From assembly GCA_016234925.1 (NCBI GenBank), contig JACRNI010000111.1, positions 1 to 63,032 on the forward strand: DNA of 63,032 bases. Direction: 5' to 3'. Numbering within the stretch: the first letter of the stretch is position 1; every line of letters begins with the position of its first letter. The position numbers were made by a program, and so were the translations under genes. The notes beneath the pieces are model-generated. The model was not told the DNA's origin, made no database searches, and saw only the letters and a list, made by a program, of their open reading frames with translations. The DNA is from Deltaproteobacteria bacterium (GTDB lineage Bacteria > Desulfobacterota > GWC2-55-46 > UBA9637 > GWC2-42-11). Of this stretch, positions 9,558 through 18,943 are shown piece after piece.

Positions 9558-10907
9558 CTATTTCTTCTTCAACTCCTCCTCCAACTCCCCCACCCTGTCC
9601 CTCAACTCCTTGATTCTGAATTCACGCTGGACTGCTGCCTTGTGGAACCGCGCCAAAAAATCCATTTGCTCTGCAAGTCTTTTCTCTGTCTCTTTGCGCA
9701 CTGTTATATCCCTGATTATCCCTGTTGCATGCCACTCGCCTTTTATATTCATTGCTGAAATGGATAGTTCAACAGGAAATTCCGTGCCATCCTTTTTCAG
9801 CCCATAAATCTCTATTGTCTTGCCTACAACAGGGCCTGCGCCTGTTTTGGAAAATCCCTTAAACCCCTCTGCTGACTTTTCTCTGTATCTTTCAGGGCAT
9901 ATTACATCATGTATATGCCTGTTCACTGCCTCACTAGCCTTGTATCCAAAGATATCCTCAGCCTTCTTGTTCCAGAAATAGATAATTCCATGCTCCTTAA
10001 TGCAGATGATGGCGTCAGGGGCGCTCTCTGAAACACTGCGAAATCTCTCCTCGCTTTCCTTTAATTCCAGCGTCCTCTCATCAACCATTGCCTGCATATT
10101 GGAATAAAGGCTGTCCAACTGCGCTGACATCTCATTCATTGCATCTGACAATTGCTCAATCTCATCACCTGTCTTTATATCAAGCCTTGTCTTGAAATCG
10201 CCGTGCGCAATTGCGTCTGCGCCGTTGTGAATGATTTCTATTGGTCTGACAAATATCTTTGAATAGTAAAACGCAAAGAAAACGCCAGTGCCAATCAAAA
10301 TAACAGCGCCCACAATCATAATTACCCACACCTCTACCCATGCCTTTTCAGCCACTGCAACGCTCTCTTTGTATTCTTCTATATCCTTATCACGCCATTT
10401 TTTAAGCACTTCTATAATGGGATAGGCATACTTATAATCCATGTCTTCCATTAGTTTTGCAGCGTCCTTATTGCCGCGAGGGTCAGGGACTGCAAATATC
10501 TTAAAGGATATTTCCCTTATATTCTGCCATGTCTCGTTAACCTTTTTGAATAATTCCTTTTCGCTGATTTCATGCGCATGACCCAACTCTAGTTCCATCT
10601 CTTTTACCCTTGCTTCTAAATCAATGGAATTCCCTTTAAAATCGTCAATATATCTTCTATCCCCTGTAATAATATAATCATTAACAGGCATCAATACCCT
10701 TCCAAATGCAAGCATAATGCTTGTAACAACCATCCTGTCATTAGATAAATCATCAAGACGGTGGAGTTTTTTATAGATAGTATTCATATTGTAAAGGCTT
10801 ATGCCGCCCATAATAATCAAAAATGGAAATATTACTGCGAAAAACGCAATGATGAGTTTTGTCCTGATTTTGTAGGGCATAAAGACCTCCGATTGTTTGC
10901 GATTCAT
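9558..10907 (-). CDS. Membrane sensor with HAMP and PAS domains, no recognisable output domain
   Basis: 449 aa with two TM segments. HAMP at VRPIEIIHNGADAIAHGDFKTRLDIKTGDEIEQLSDAMNEM. PAS at RFRSVSESAPDAIICIKEHGIIYFWNKKAEDIFGY. Confidence 0.75.
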   Translation of the reverse strand: MNRKQSEVFMPYKIRTKLIIAFFAVIFPFLIIMGGISLYNMNTIYKKLHRLDDLSNDRMVVTSIMLAFGRVLMPVNDYIITGDRRYIDDFKGNSIDLEARVKEMELELGHAHEISEKELFKKVNETWQNIREISFKIFAVPDPRGNKDAAKLMEDMDYKYAYPIIEVLKKWRDKDIEEYKESVAVAEKAWVEVWVIMIVGAVILIGTGVFFAFYYSKIFVRPIEIIHNGADAIAHGDFKTRLDIKTGDEIEQLSDAMNEMSAQLDSLYSNMQAMVDERTLELKESEERFRSVSESAPDAIICIKEHGIIYFWNKKAEDIFGYKASEAVNRHIHDVICPERYREKSAEGFKGFSKTGAGPVVGKTIEIYGLKKDGTEFPVELSISAMNIKGEWHATGIIRDITVRKETEKRLAEQMDFLARFHKAAVQREFRIKELRDRVGELEEELKKK

Positions 10908-10947
10908 TTGATTGGGCAGCCGCCAATCACTTTTATAGAATTATATA

Positions 10948-10975
10948 AGTATAGCGTAGACTTGGGATTTGTCAA
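10948..10975 (-). promoter_or_regulatory. Sigma70-like promoter for the HAMP/PAS gene
   Basis: On the minus strand: TTGACA, a 16-nt spacer, then TATACT, about 40 nt upstream of the ATG at 10907. A second copy of the ttgggatttgtcaaat box at 11120..11143 lacks a good -10. Confidence 0.4.
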
Positions 10976-11006
10976 ATATGATGGCTTCGCAAAAAGTTGA
11001 AAAACT

Positions 11007-11059
11007 GTAGAAACGGGTCTTTAGACCCGTTAATAATAGACCTAAAGGTCCGTTTCTAC
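11007..11059 (+). repeat. REP unit (GTAG...CTAC double hairpin)
   Basis: gtagaaacgggtc-ttta-gacccgtt-aataata-gacc-taaa-ggtccgtttctac. A related double hairpin without GTAG ends lies at about 11185..11237. Confidence 0.8.
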
Positions 11060-11248
11060 ATGTAGTTACAATGCCTGATTTAATCTGCTTGTGGTTTTTC
11101 AACAGCCTGCTAGCGTAAAATTGGGATTTGTCAAATGATAATGTGTGTATGAGGAGTTGAAAGGTAGGCTTAAAATTATAATTCTCAAACCTAAAGGTTT
11201 GAGTTACGCTGTAACTCAAGGCTTTAGCCTTGAGTATTTGATAAGATT

Positions 11249-13021
11249 TTACTTTGTTAAAATCCCTCCTCCCCATGTTCCGATTAAAAGTCTTCCTGCG
11301 CTATCCATGTTTATTGTCTGGACAATGCGGTTGACCATATCGCCGCTTGCATCCTTCCACTCTGATGCGTCTTTTTCGAGCAAGAATAAACCGTCATGCG
11401 TGCCTGCATAGACATTGCCTTTATTGTCTGCCTTTAAAGACAAGACCCTTTTATTTTTCAAACCATTGTTTTTTTCTTCCCATGCCTTATCTCCGCTTTT
11501 TACAAACACCCCTCCCCCGTCTGTTCCAGCATAGATATTGCCGTCTTTGTCTATTGCGATTGACTGGATTATTGTGTTTTTAAGATTGCCTGTCATATCT
11601 TCAAATCTATCCCTATCCTCTTTTGCATTTCTGAATATACCGTTTGCTGTGCCGATATAAATCCTGTCTTTTGAATCAAACGCAACCGCCAATATCCTTT
11701 TGTTTGTAAGCCCGTTTTCCAATGCCTTCCATGCTCCTCCTATGTCATCGCTTCTAAAAAAGCCGTCGCCTTCAATGCCGGCAAAGACACTGTCATTTTT
11801 ATCAATTGCAACTACTGATGTATTTGAATATGCCGCTGGATGACCTTTAACCCTTTCCCATTTTTTGTCAGAGGCATTATATTTGAACACGCCGCTTGTT
11901 GTCCCTGCATAGATATTGCCTTTTGAATCCTTTGCAATTGCCTGAACCCTTTTCCCTGAAAATAGAACCGCCTCTTCCCATACTTTGTCTTTTTGCTTTA
12001 TGAATAATCCCCATGATGTCCCGGCATATATGGTATTTTCATCAGCAAATGCCGATATTATCTGCGTGTTCGCTATGCCGTTATTTTTTTGCTGCCATGT
12101 TTTGCCTTTGTCATTGCTTATGTATATGCCTTTGCCGTAACTGCCTGCAAAAAGCCTGTCATTGCCGATTGGCGCTATATTTCTTATGAATACGCCTTTT
12201 AATCCTATGGATTTCCATTCCTTCACATCAGGCGAAAATTTAAATACGCCGTCTTCTGTTCCTGCAAAGATTTCATTATTTTGATTGATGGATAGATGCC
12301 TCACATAAGAATGAGCGCCCTTGCCAAAAGACTCCCATTCTTTGCCGTTATCCTTGCTTCTCTGTATTCCGCTGCCCCATACTGACGCATAGATGTGTCC
12401 ACTATTATCAATAACGATTGACTGCACAAGATATTCCAGAAGACCGACAAACCTCCATTTATTCTCACCCTTGCCAAGCCCATAGACCCCGCCTTCTGTC
12501 GCAGCGAGGGCTGCGCCGTCTTTTGTAAACGTAATGCCGTTTACAAATGTGTTGTGAAGTTCATCGTTTATGCTGTATAATTTCCAATCATTATCAATCT
12601 TTTTGCACACACCGCTTCCCCATATGGACGCATAAACTTTTCCTTCTTTATTGGATGAAACAAACGGGACGAGATGCCCTTTTGAAGCACCTGTTTCTAA
12701 TATCCAATTCATGCCTTGATTTGTGGATTTGAATATCCCTGCCTTTGTGCCTGCAAACATTGAGCCGTCCGGGGTTTTTGCCAGCGAATATACAAAGGGA
12801 TTTGCAAGCCCTGAACTTGCGGGCAGCCATGTGTTTCCATTGTCTGTTGTCTTGTAAATGCCGCCTCCCTCTGTTCCAATAAATATAGCCCCATCAGCAT
12901 CCTCAATAACTGATGTAACGATTCCCCCGAATGGCCCTGCTGCATTAAACACCTTGTCATCAGCAATAGCAGTAGAGGATATTAAAAAAAGGAATGTTAA
13001 TGCCGCAGCGTATATCTTCAC
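11249..13021 (-). CDS. Secreted BNR/Asp-box repeat beta-propeller protein
   Basis: 590 aa with a signal peptide. Reiterated S/T-x-D-x-G-x-T/S-W boxes: TTDNGNTW, STNQGMNW, SKDNGKEW, SNDKGKTW, SDDIGGAW. Confidence 0.75.
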   Translation of the reverse strand: MKIYAAALTFLFLISSTAIADDKVFNAAGPFGGIVTSVIEDADGAIFIGTEGGGIYKTTDNGNTWLPASSGLANPFVYSLAKTPDGSMFAGTKAGIFKSTNQGMNWILETGASKGHLVPFVSSNKEGKVYASIWGSGVCKKIDNDWKLYSINDELHNTFVNGITFTKDGAALAATEGGVYGLGKGENKWRFVGLLEYLVQSIVIDNSGHIYASVWGSGIQRSKDNGKEWESFGKGAHSYVRHLSINQNNEIFAGTEDGVFKFSPDVKEWKSIGLKGVFIRNIAPIGNDRLFAGSYGKGIYISNDKGKTWQQKNNGIANTQIISAFADENTIYAGTSWGLFIKQKDKVWEEAVLFSGKRVQAIAKDSKGNIYAGTTSGVFKYNASDKKWERVKGHPAAYSNTSVVAIDKNDSVFAGIEGDGFFRSDDIGGAWKALENGLTNKRILAVAFDSKDRIYIGTANGIFRNAKEDRDRFEDMTGNLKNTIIQSIAIDKDGNIYAGTDGGGVFVKSGDKAWEEKNNGLKNKRVLSLKADNKGNVYAGTHDGLFLLEKDASEWKDASGDMVNRIVQTINMDSAGRLLIGTWGGGILTK

Positions 13022-13290
13022 TTTTTCTCCCCTGCCCTGTCGTAATTAAAAAAGATAAAATATACTATGAGCGAAAAGATAAATACAAAGACCAGCATTG
13101 TGCTTGGGAGTATAGTCGCCTTTAACCATATTAAAAGACCGCTTAATGCAGCAAAGAAAAAACTTATCTTGTTTATTGCCTTAACAGCATTTGGCGGGAG
13201 TTTTTTAATAAATTTTCCTGCCAGTGTTATAATTAAAAATATTACTGCTAATGTTAAAACCAATGTCAAAACCATATATACTATATTCAT
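13018..13290 (-). CDS. Small integral membrane protein (3 predicted TM helices)
   Basis: 90 aa and hydrophobic. Its stop overlaps the downstream propeller gene start by 4 nt. Confidence 0.45.
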   Translation of the reverse strand: MNIVYMVLTLVLTLAVIFLIITLAGKFIKKLPPNAVKAINKISFFFAALSGLLIWLKATILPSTMLVFVFIFSLIVYFIFFNYDRAGEKK

Positions 13291-13313
13291 TATGCCTCCT
13301 GTAAAAGAAATAG

Positions 13314-13402
13314 ATTACACAGATTGCAAGATAGATTACACCGATTAAAACACATCTGCGTTTTTAAATCTGTGTAATCGCATTTCAAAATCTGCGTAAT
13401 CA
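13314..13402. repeat. GATTACAC-type nested palindromic element, copy 1
   Basis: gattacacagatt / gattacaccgatt ... aatctgtgtaatc / aatctgcgtaatc form two nested inverted-repeat pairs. Copies 2 and 3 have the same layout. Confidence 0.8.
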
Positions 13403-13412
13403 TAGGTATCTC

Positions 13413-14225
13413 CTATCTAATTTCTATCTGTGATGGATCGTTTGCCACAATCTCAGGCCCATTATATTCTTTTATCTTGCCTGTTACCAGAATTTCTTTG
13501 CCTTTGTAAAAATTAAAAGGGTCTATGCCCTTTTGTTCAAACTCCTTTATATTTTTACGAAATATAACCACTGTAAAATCCTTTTTATAATCCTCTCCAA
13601 AATTTAAAAATATTGCCTTGCCGCTGTCAAATACATTTAATACTTTACCACGAACTGTTTTTGTCTTGCCGATATATCTGTTTGCCTCTCCTGCTGGAAT
13701 TGCCTCTTCACTTTTATCAAGCAGTCTGCCGTCTTTTGCCCATAAACCCAATCTTTTTTGAGCAGCCTCTTTTTCATAGTTTTTAAATTCATCCTCTTTC
13801 TCAACGCCGCAAGGCGGTATTGTAAGGATTTTAGCATATCCTTCTTTGAGCAAGGCTGCATTGACAAAAATATCATCAACATACACCCATGCCAGAAGCC
13901 TTCCATATTTGTCTCTCGGCTGGGATTTGCATAGAACAAGCCTTACTTTTTTGCCATAAACTAATCCGTTATTTCTATCCTTTGCCTCTTGATAAAATAT
14001 CTGGTCAATCTCAGGCGTGTCAATGCCGATATATCTTACCCGCTCGCCGTTCTTTATCTCAATTGTATCGCCGTCAATTACCTTTACCACATCTGCCTCT
14101 ATAAAGTCAGCCGCTGGGCGCGAGTCGCGGGTCAGAGGTTGTTGATAATGGCTGGCTGAATATTGATAAACCCCTGCGATTAAAACAGCAAAAAAAACAA
14201 TAAGGGTTAGAATATTTTTTTTCAT
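13413..14225 (-). CDS. Secreted thermonuclease (SNase-like) with C-terminal OB-like extension
   Basis: 270 aa with a signal/anchor sequence. SNase motifs VIDGDTIEI, VRYIGIDTPE, DKYGRLLAWVYV, NAALLKEGYAK. Confidence 0.8.
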   Translation of the reverse strand: MKKNILTLIVFFAVLIAGVYQYSASHYQQPLTRDSRPAADFIEADVVKVIDGDTIEIKNGERVRYIGIDTPEIDQIFYQEAKDRNNGLVYGKKVRLVLCKSQPRDKYGRLLAWVYVDDIFVNAALLKEGYAKILTIPPCGVEKEDEFKNYEKEAAQKRLGLWAKDGRLLDKSEEAIPAGEANRYIGKTKTVRGKVLNVFDSGKAIFLNFGEDYKKDFTVVIFRKNIKEFEQKGIDPFNFYKGKEILVTGKIKEYNGPEIVANDPSQIEIR

Positions 14226-14249
14226 TGCTAATGGATGAGCGTAGAGAGA

Positions 14250-14795
14250 TTACCACCTTTCTCTAAATTCATGGATGTGCTTCTGAAGGGATAGTATCTT
14301 ATTCTTTATCTCTGTTGGATGGTATTTTTCAGATTCAATCATCTTTGCCAGTTCTTCAAGTCCTATATCAATTGCAGCATTTACCTTATTGTAGTCTTTT
14401 GACATTTCTTCAAAATTATTTATAAACTCGTTCAGATATTCTGTGAAGTTCCTAACATGCAGGTCGTCTCTTGTCCTGACACTTAACCTTTTATCAAGTT
14501 CCCCTTTTGCAATTATTCTCATCTCATATTCAAGCCTTTTAAACGGACCAACCAGCCTATGGGAAAAGAATATTGCAAGAAACGCAATTATTGCAATATA
14601 TCCCACTGTCATGAATACGCCGAGATATGATGATTCGAGCCTTAAGTATGTATTGAGCCCTTTTGATATTGACTGAAGAAACAGGCCGCCGAGGAGCGCA
14701 AGCACAACAAGCAGTGCGATAGTCGCCTGAAGTTCCTTTGCAACAAAATATGTTTGTCTAATTGTCCTTTTACTATTTTTTTCCAAAGTTGCCAT
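14250..14795 (-). CDS. Small membrane protein with HAMP-like linker
   Basis: 181 aa. Two TM segments followed by SHRLVGPFKRLEYEMRIIAKGELDKRLSVRTRDDL. Confidence 0.55.
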   Translation of the reverse strand: MATLEKNSKRTIRQTYFVAKELQATIALLVVLALLGGLFLQSISKGLNTYLRLESSYLGVFMTVGYIAIIAFLAIFFSHRLVGPFKRLEYEMRIIAKGELDKRLSVRTRDDLHVRNFTEYLNEFINNFEEMSKDYNKVNAAIDIGLEELAKMIESEKYHPTEIKNKILSLQKHIHEFRERW

Positions 14796-14975
14796 GATTA
14801 TTGCCAGATACTCCCAGATACTTTTGCGGTACTCGGCAATAAAATATACCCTTTCACATTAGTTGTCAAGTTTGTTATTTTTTTTGGGCAGGATTTTAAA
14901 AACACAGCAAAAAAGGCTTGACTATATTGATATAAATCCGTTACAGTTACATATCAAAATATTGCCAGTCTCCTT

Positions 14976-15051
<76 letters not shown>

Positions 15052-15303
15052 TACATGCTTATTTCATTTCCGCAAATACATCAGCATTCTATAAGTTATA
15101 CGCCATTTCCGTAAAATAGCGATTAAAAACCTAGCTATTGGACAAACCTGCGATTTGCCCGACCCAAGCTTCGCTTGGGTGCCCCGACTTCGTTATCGGC
15201 ACATTTTCGCTCCTCACCGTATTGGTGATATACGGCTCGTCGCAAAAATGGCCTCTGTCCCCGACTGAATCTATCGGGGACAACTTGCAGGTTTCCCCAA
15301 AAA

Positions 15304-15619
15304 TCAAAGTCTATTTTTGGCCATTTCCATCTTGTTGTTTGCGGACAAGTCCGTATGCGCTTCAAATATCTCCTCAAACACAGGCGCTGCCTCAATAAAT
15401 GCCTTTAGAACTTTGGGGTCAAAATGTTCAGGCATTGTTCTTCCATTGCCATTTGTTATTATATTTTCCACATCTTTATGCGTTAAGGGAGGGCTGCTTA
15501 TAAGGTCTTTTGCTCCGCATAGCGTCATACTGGTCAACAAGCGAAACTATCCTTCCCTCTATTGGTATCTCCTAGCCTTTTAACCTTCGTGGGTATCCTG
15601 TTCCGTCCCATCTTTCATG
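15304..15619 (-). pseudogene. 3' remnant of an HD-GYP domain gene
   Basis: The minus strand reads [47 protein letters not shown]. After a 1-nt shift it continues [31 protein letters not shown]. The HD half is absent. Confidence 0.7.
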
Positions 15620-17387
15620 ATGCGTCTATCACCTCTCTCACCGTTCTTAAAAATTCATTCGGCGTTACCGGCTTTGAGATAAAATTCAGCCCCTGATTAG
15701 AAATATCCTCTGCCTTAATCATGTCCCCGGAATATCCGCTCATGAAAATAACTTTAACATCAGGGCTTATTTTCTTGATTTCTTCATAGGCTTCCTTGCC
15801 GTTCTTTTTAGGCATTATAATATCAAGGACAAGGAGTTGGATTTTATCTTTATTCTCAATAAATTTATTTACCGCATCCTCTCCGTTTACAGCCTCTATA
15901 ACCTTATAGCCAAATTCTTCAAGGATTGTCTTTGTGATTTTTCTAACCTCTTTTTCATCTTCTACCAAAAGCACGGTCTCGGTATTGCCTGCCTCGCCCC
16001 ATTTTTGGACTGCATCTAACAGCCTGCTCTCTTTTTTATCTGACAACATTTTTTGTTCCATTGGCAGATATATCTTAAATATCGTGCCGCACCCCGGCTC
16101 GCTGTAAACATTCACATAGCCGTTGTGCTGTTTAACAATGCTGTAAACCATTGCCAATCCCAATCCGGTTCCCTTTCCAACCTCTTTGGTTGTAAAGAAA
16201 GGCTCAAATATCTTTTTTTGCGTTTCTTTATCTATGCCAGCGCCTGTGTCTGCAAATGTTATTAAGGCATACATCCCTGCCTTGCCGTAACCATGGGCAT
16301 TTATAAATTCATTGTCAATCTCTATAATGTCTGTGGTTATTGATATTATTCCTCGGCCGGGCATTGCATCCCTTGCGTTTGTTGCAAGGTTCATCAAAAC
16401 CTGCTCCATTTGTATATGGTCTGCTTTCGCTGTCAGGTTTTTATCTGCGAGATTTATTCTAATCTCAATATGCTCTCCAATCACCCTTAATAATATCTTT
16501 TCAACATTTGTTATTAAATCATTCAAATCAATAGGCTCTGGATGTATTGTAATTTTTCTGCTGAATACAAGAAGGTCTCTTGTAAGGCTTGCAGCCCTTT
16601 CAGATAAAGAAAGTATATTGCCGACATAGTTTTTTAGCAGTTCATCCCCTTCCCTTTTCTTAATCAAAAGGCTGCCGTAGCCTATTATTGCTGTCATAAT
16701 ATTATTGAAATCATGGGCAACGCCTCCGGCAAGTTGTCCCACTGCCTCCATCTTTTGAGACTGCATAAGTTGTCTTTCCAGCATCTTTTGTTCTGTAATG
16801 TCCTGAACAGTCCCGCTCATCCTTACAGCCTTGCCAGTCTCATCAAAAACTACTTCAGCCTGTTCGCGGACTATGCGCTCTTGGCCATTGGGCAAGACTA
16901 TGCGGTGTTCGATTCTGTAAGGCTTGTTTTTATGCAGCGCCTCATCAACAGATTTTTTAATAAACTCCCTGTCATCAGGATGAACTGAATTTAAAAATGT
17001 CTCATATGCCGCCCCGAACTGATTTGGCATTAAGCCGAATATGCGGTAAATCTCATCAGACCACGACAGTTCATTTTTTACGATGTCCCAATCCCAATTT
17101 CCAATGTGTGCGAGCCTTTGCGCTTTTGCAAGGCTTGCCCCGCTATTTTTAAGGGCCTCCTGTGCAGTTTTGCTGCCTCTTGCCTCCTTAATATAGAGGG
17201 TAAATACAATAATCATTCCCATTATGAGAGTTCGCATCCATAATTCGTTAATATCGCTGGGAATGATGTCTTCAACAAAACTCGCATTGGGGCTTAAAAA
17301 CATTATGTGTAATAATGCTTCAATAAACCATGAAAGCGCTGCCAATAAAATTCCAGCAAAGACAATTCTATTATTTGAGCGGCTCAT
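15615..17387 (-). CDS. Hybrid sensor histidine kinase (TM-PAS-HisKA-HATPase-REC)
   Basis: 590 aa. H-box GGVAHDFNNIMTAI. N/G boxes LMNLATNARDAM, DTGAGI, GTGLGLAMV. C-terminal receiver VLLVEDEKEV...LLVLDIIMP. Confidence 0.9.
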   Translation of the reverse strand: MSRSNNRIVFAGILLAALSWFIEALLHIMFLSPNASFVEDIIPSDINELWMRTLIMGMIIVFTLYIKEARGSKTAQEALKNSGASLAKAQRLAHIGNWDWDIVKNELSWSDEIYRIFGLMPNQFGAAYETFLNSVHPDDREFIKKSVDEALHKNKPYRIEHRIVLPNGQERIVREQAEVVFDETGKAVRMSGTVQDITEQKMLERQLMQSQKMEAVGQLAGGVAHDFNNIMTAIIGYGSLLIKKREGDELLKNYVGNILSLSERAASLTRDLLVFSRKITIHPEPIDLNDLITNVEKILLRVIGEHIEIRINLADKNLTAKADHIQMEQVLMNLATNARDAMPGRGIISITTDIIEIDNEFINAHGYGKAGMYALITFADTGAGIDKETQKKIFEPFFTTKEVGKGTGLGLAMVYSIVKQHNGYVNVYSEPGCGTIFKIYLPMEQKMLSDKKESRLLDAVQKWGEAGNTETVLLVEDEKEVRKITKTILEEFGYKVIEAVNGEDAVNKFIENKDKIQLLVLDIIMPKKNGKEAYEEIKKISPDVKVIFMSGYSGDMIKAEDISNQGLNFISKPVTPNEFLRTVREVIDAS

Positions 17388-17422
17388 ATTATCACCTGAT
17401 TATTGCCCCGAAAATACATATT

Positions 17423-17459
17423 TTAATCTCCCCCTTTGTAAAAGGGGGATTAAGGGGGA
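17423..17459. repeat. C-run/G-run palindromic element (family translating as PPL-KGG)
   Basis: aatctccccctttgtaaaagggggattaagggggatt. Relatives lie at 51450, 54049, 56549 and 57344. Confidence 0.7.
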
Positions 17460-17516
17460 TTTTCATACCCTTTGCAAGCCTATATCTCGCGTGGGTTTCA
17501 CTAATTATTCACCTAA

Positions 17517-17852
17517 TTATTCAACAGGGGAATTGAAAAAATATATTCCATCTATAGTGGCAAAAAATTCAGATGCCGCATCTACAGACAGCGCAGCCCG
17601 CTGTGCAGCATATTCATTTATGACTAATGCCTTATCAACCGTGATAAATCTTGCAGCCTTATTGTTGTCATTGCTCACACAGTCGTAAACAACAACCTTA
17701 ACAGGCGTATTATCAACAACAAAATCACTGGATTTAACATAATGACAGGATGTAAAGGCATGTTTTTTTGCCTCTCCGTTGGCTATGCTCGGCAGGATGA
17801 ATATCACGACTAAAAGTATAATTAAGTTTTTCATGGGAGTCCTCATATACAC
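17517..17852 (-). CDS. Small secreted hypothetical protein
   Basis: 111 aa with a signal peptide (LIILLVVIFILPSIANGEA). No recognisable domain. Confidence 0.5.
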   Translation of the reverse strand: MYMRTPMKNLIILLVVIFILPSIANGEAKKHAFTSCHYVKSSDFVVDNTPVKVVVYDCVSNDNNKAARFITVDKALVINEYAAQRAALSVDAASEFFATIDGIYFFNSPVE

Positions 17853-17856
17853 AGCG

Positions 17857-18483
17857 TCATAAATAGAGCAGCATACATAGCGTCAGAACAAAGCAGACCA
17901 AGGCGCGGCTGTTTTCTTCCTCTATCGCCATCTTGCTCATGTTTCCCAGTTTTATAATCCCATGCGGATTGCCAAAAAAATCACCAGAAGAATCAAACGA
18001 CGAATTAAACCTTTTTATATCCGTTCTTTGACCGAACCTTGCGCCAATCCTCTTTATTACTGCATCCAGACTATTCCACTTTGCCGTAATAATCACCTGC
18101 GCCTTCCCATGCATTGCATCAATTGCCTTTTTAAACATTGGATAACCTGTCATCAATATATCTTCCACCTCTTCATTGTTTCCGGCAATGGTCCCGAACT
18201 TGACAGGCACAACTGTAGATTCTTTTATAAAATCTTCAAGAATAGTCTTATACAAAGACATATGGTGAATAAACATCTCTCTCGGGATGGAGTAATAATC
18301 TATGATTGCCGTGTCCTTTATTACCGCAGAAATATCCTTATAAGAAATGCAGTATGTCCTGTCAGCGATGTTTTGCTTATTGGAATTCGTAATGCAGCAA
18401 ATCTGTTTAGCAGTCAAGGTTTCTTCATATTCCCAATGCCTCTGCGGCATCTGCGCCAATACAGGCTCGCAAATTGTCTTCAT
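17857..18483 (-). CDS. GvpL/GvpF-family-like protein
   Basis: 208 aa. ISYKDISAVIKD ... HHMSLYKTILEDFIKESTVVPVKFGTIAGNNEEVEDIL ... GKAQVIITAKW follows the GvpFL consensus. No other gas-vesicle genes are nearby. Confidence 0.45.
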   Translation of the reverse strand: MKTICEPVLAQMPQRHWEYEETLTAKQICCITNSNKQNIADRTYCISYKDISAVIKDTAIIDYYSIPREMFIHHMSLYKTILEDFIKESTVVPVKFGTIAGNNEEVEDILMTGYPMFKKAIDAMHGKAQVIITAKWNSLDAVIKRIGARFGQRTDIKRFNSSFDSSGDFFGNPHGIIKLGNMSKMAIEEENSRALVCFVLTLCMLLYL

Positions 18484-18520
18484 AGTTTCTCCCCCCGCCT
18501 TTATTTTGTGTCAGCAGTTT

Positions 18521-18622
18521 TTAATCTGCCAATAAATATGCAATACCGATTACTAAAAAATTGATTAAGCATGTTACAAGGAAAAAATAAGTTAAAGATT
18601 TTGCCTTATCCGCTGTATCCAT
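18521..18622 (-). CDS. 33-aa single-TM micro-protein (unannotated, below the ORF-track cutoff)
   Basis: GGAGGAGG precedes the ATG at 18622. Sequence MDTADKAKSLTYFFLVTCLINFLVIGIAYLLAD. Directly upstream of and co-directional with the GvpFL-like gene. Confidence 0.35.
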   Translation of the reverse strand: MDTADKAKSLTYFFLVTCLINFLVIGIAYLLAD

Positions 18623-18943
18623 TGCCTCCTCCCATTTAAAGAAAACAGAGAGTTTATTCGTATTTGTCTATGTCTATATAATAGATAGCAACTTGTGTGC
18701 CAAGAGTGAAAATAATAGACTGAAGGCTCGATGAACATTGAAAATAGCCAATCTGCAAGGAAGTGCGGTTCTAGAAAAAACGATTGGTTTCAAGAAAAGT
18801 ATGGCGCATAGACCATAAACTATGGCGTACTATCAAGAAGTATTGCATTATTAAGTTCAGAAAGGGCTCGTTTCCTATTTTCTGCCGCAAGAACCTTATT
18901 CGGTTTATTGACTTTGGTTTCTAATTCTGCTAGATTTTTTACA

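Noticed and set aside
14918-14946. TTGACT box upstream of tRNA-Phe as a promoter.
   Set aside because: No convincing -10 hexamer at 16-18-nt spacing.
15135-15398. Two mutually antisense 86-codon ORFs.
   Set aside because: Arg/Pro-rich nonsense composition and no start context. The region is better explained as structured or repeat DNA plus the tail of the HD-GYP remnant.
18560-18943. Looked for a Moco riboswitch upstream of moaD.
   Set aside because: I could not recognise the conserved Moco-motif helices by eye. An Infernal scan would be needed, so no call is made.
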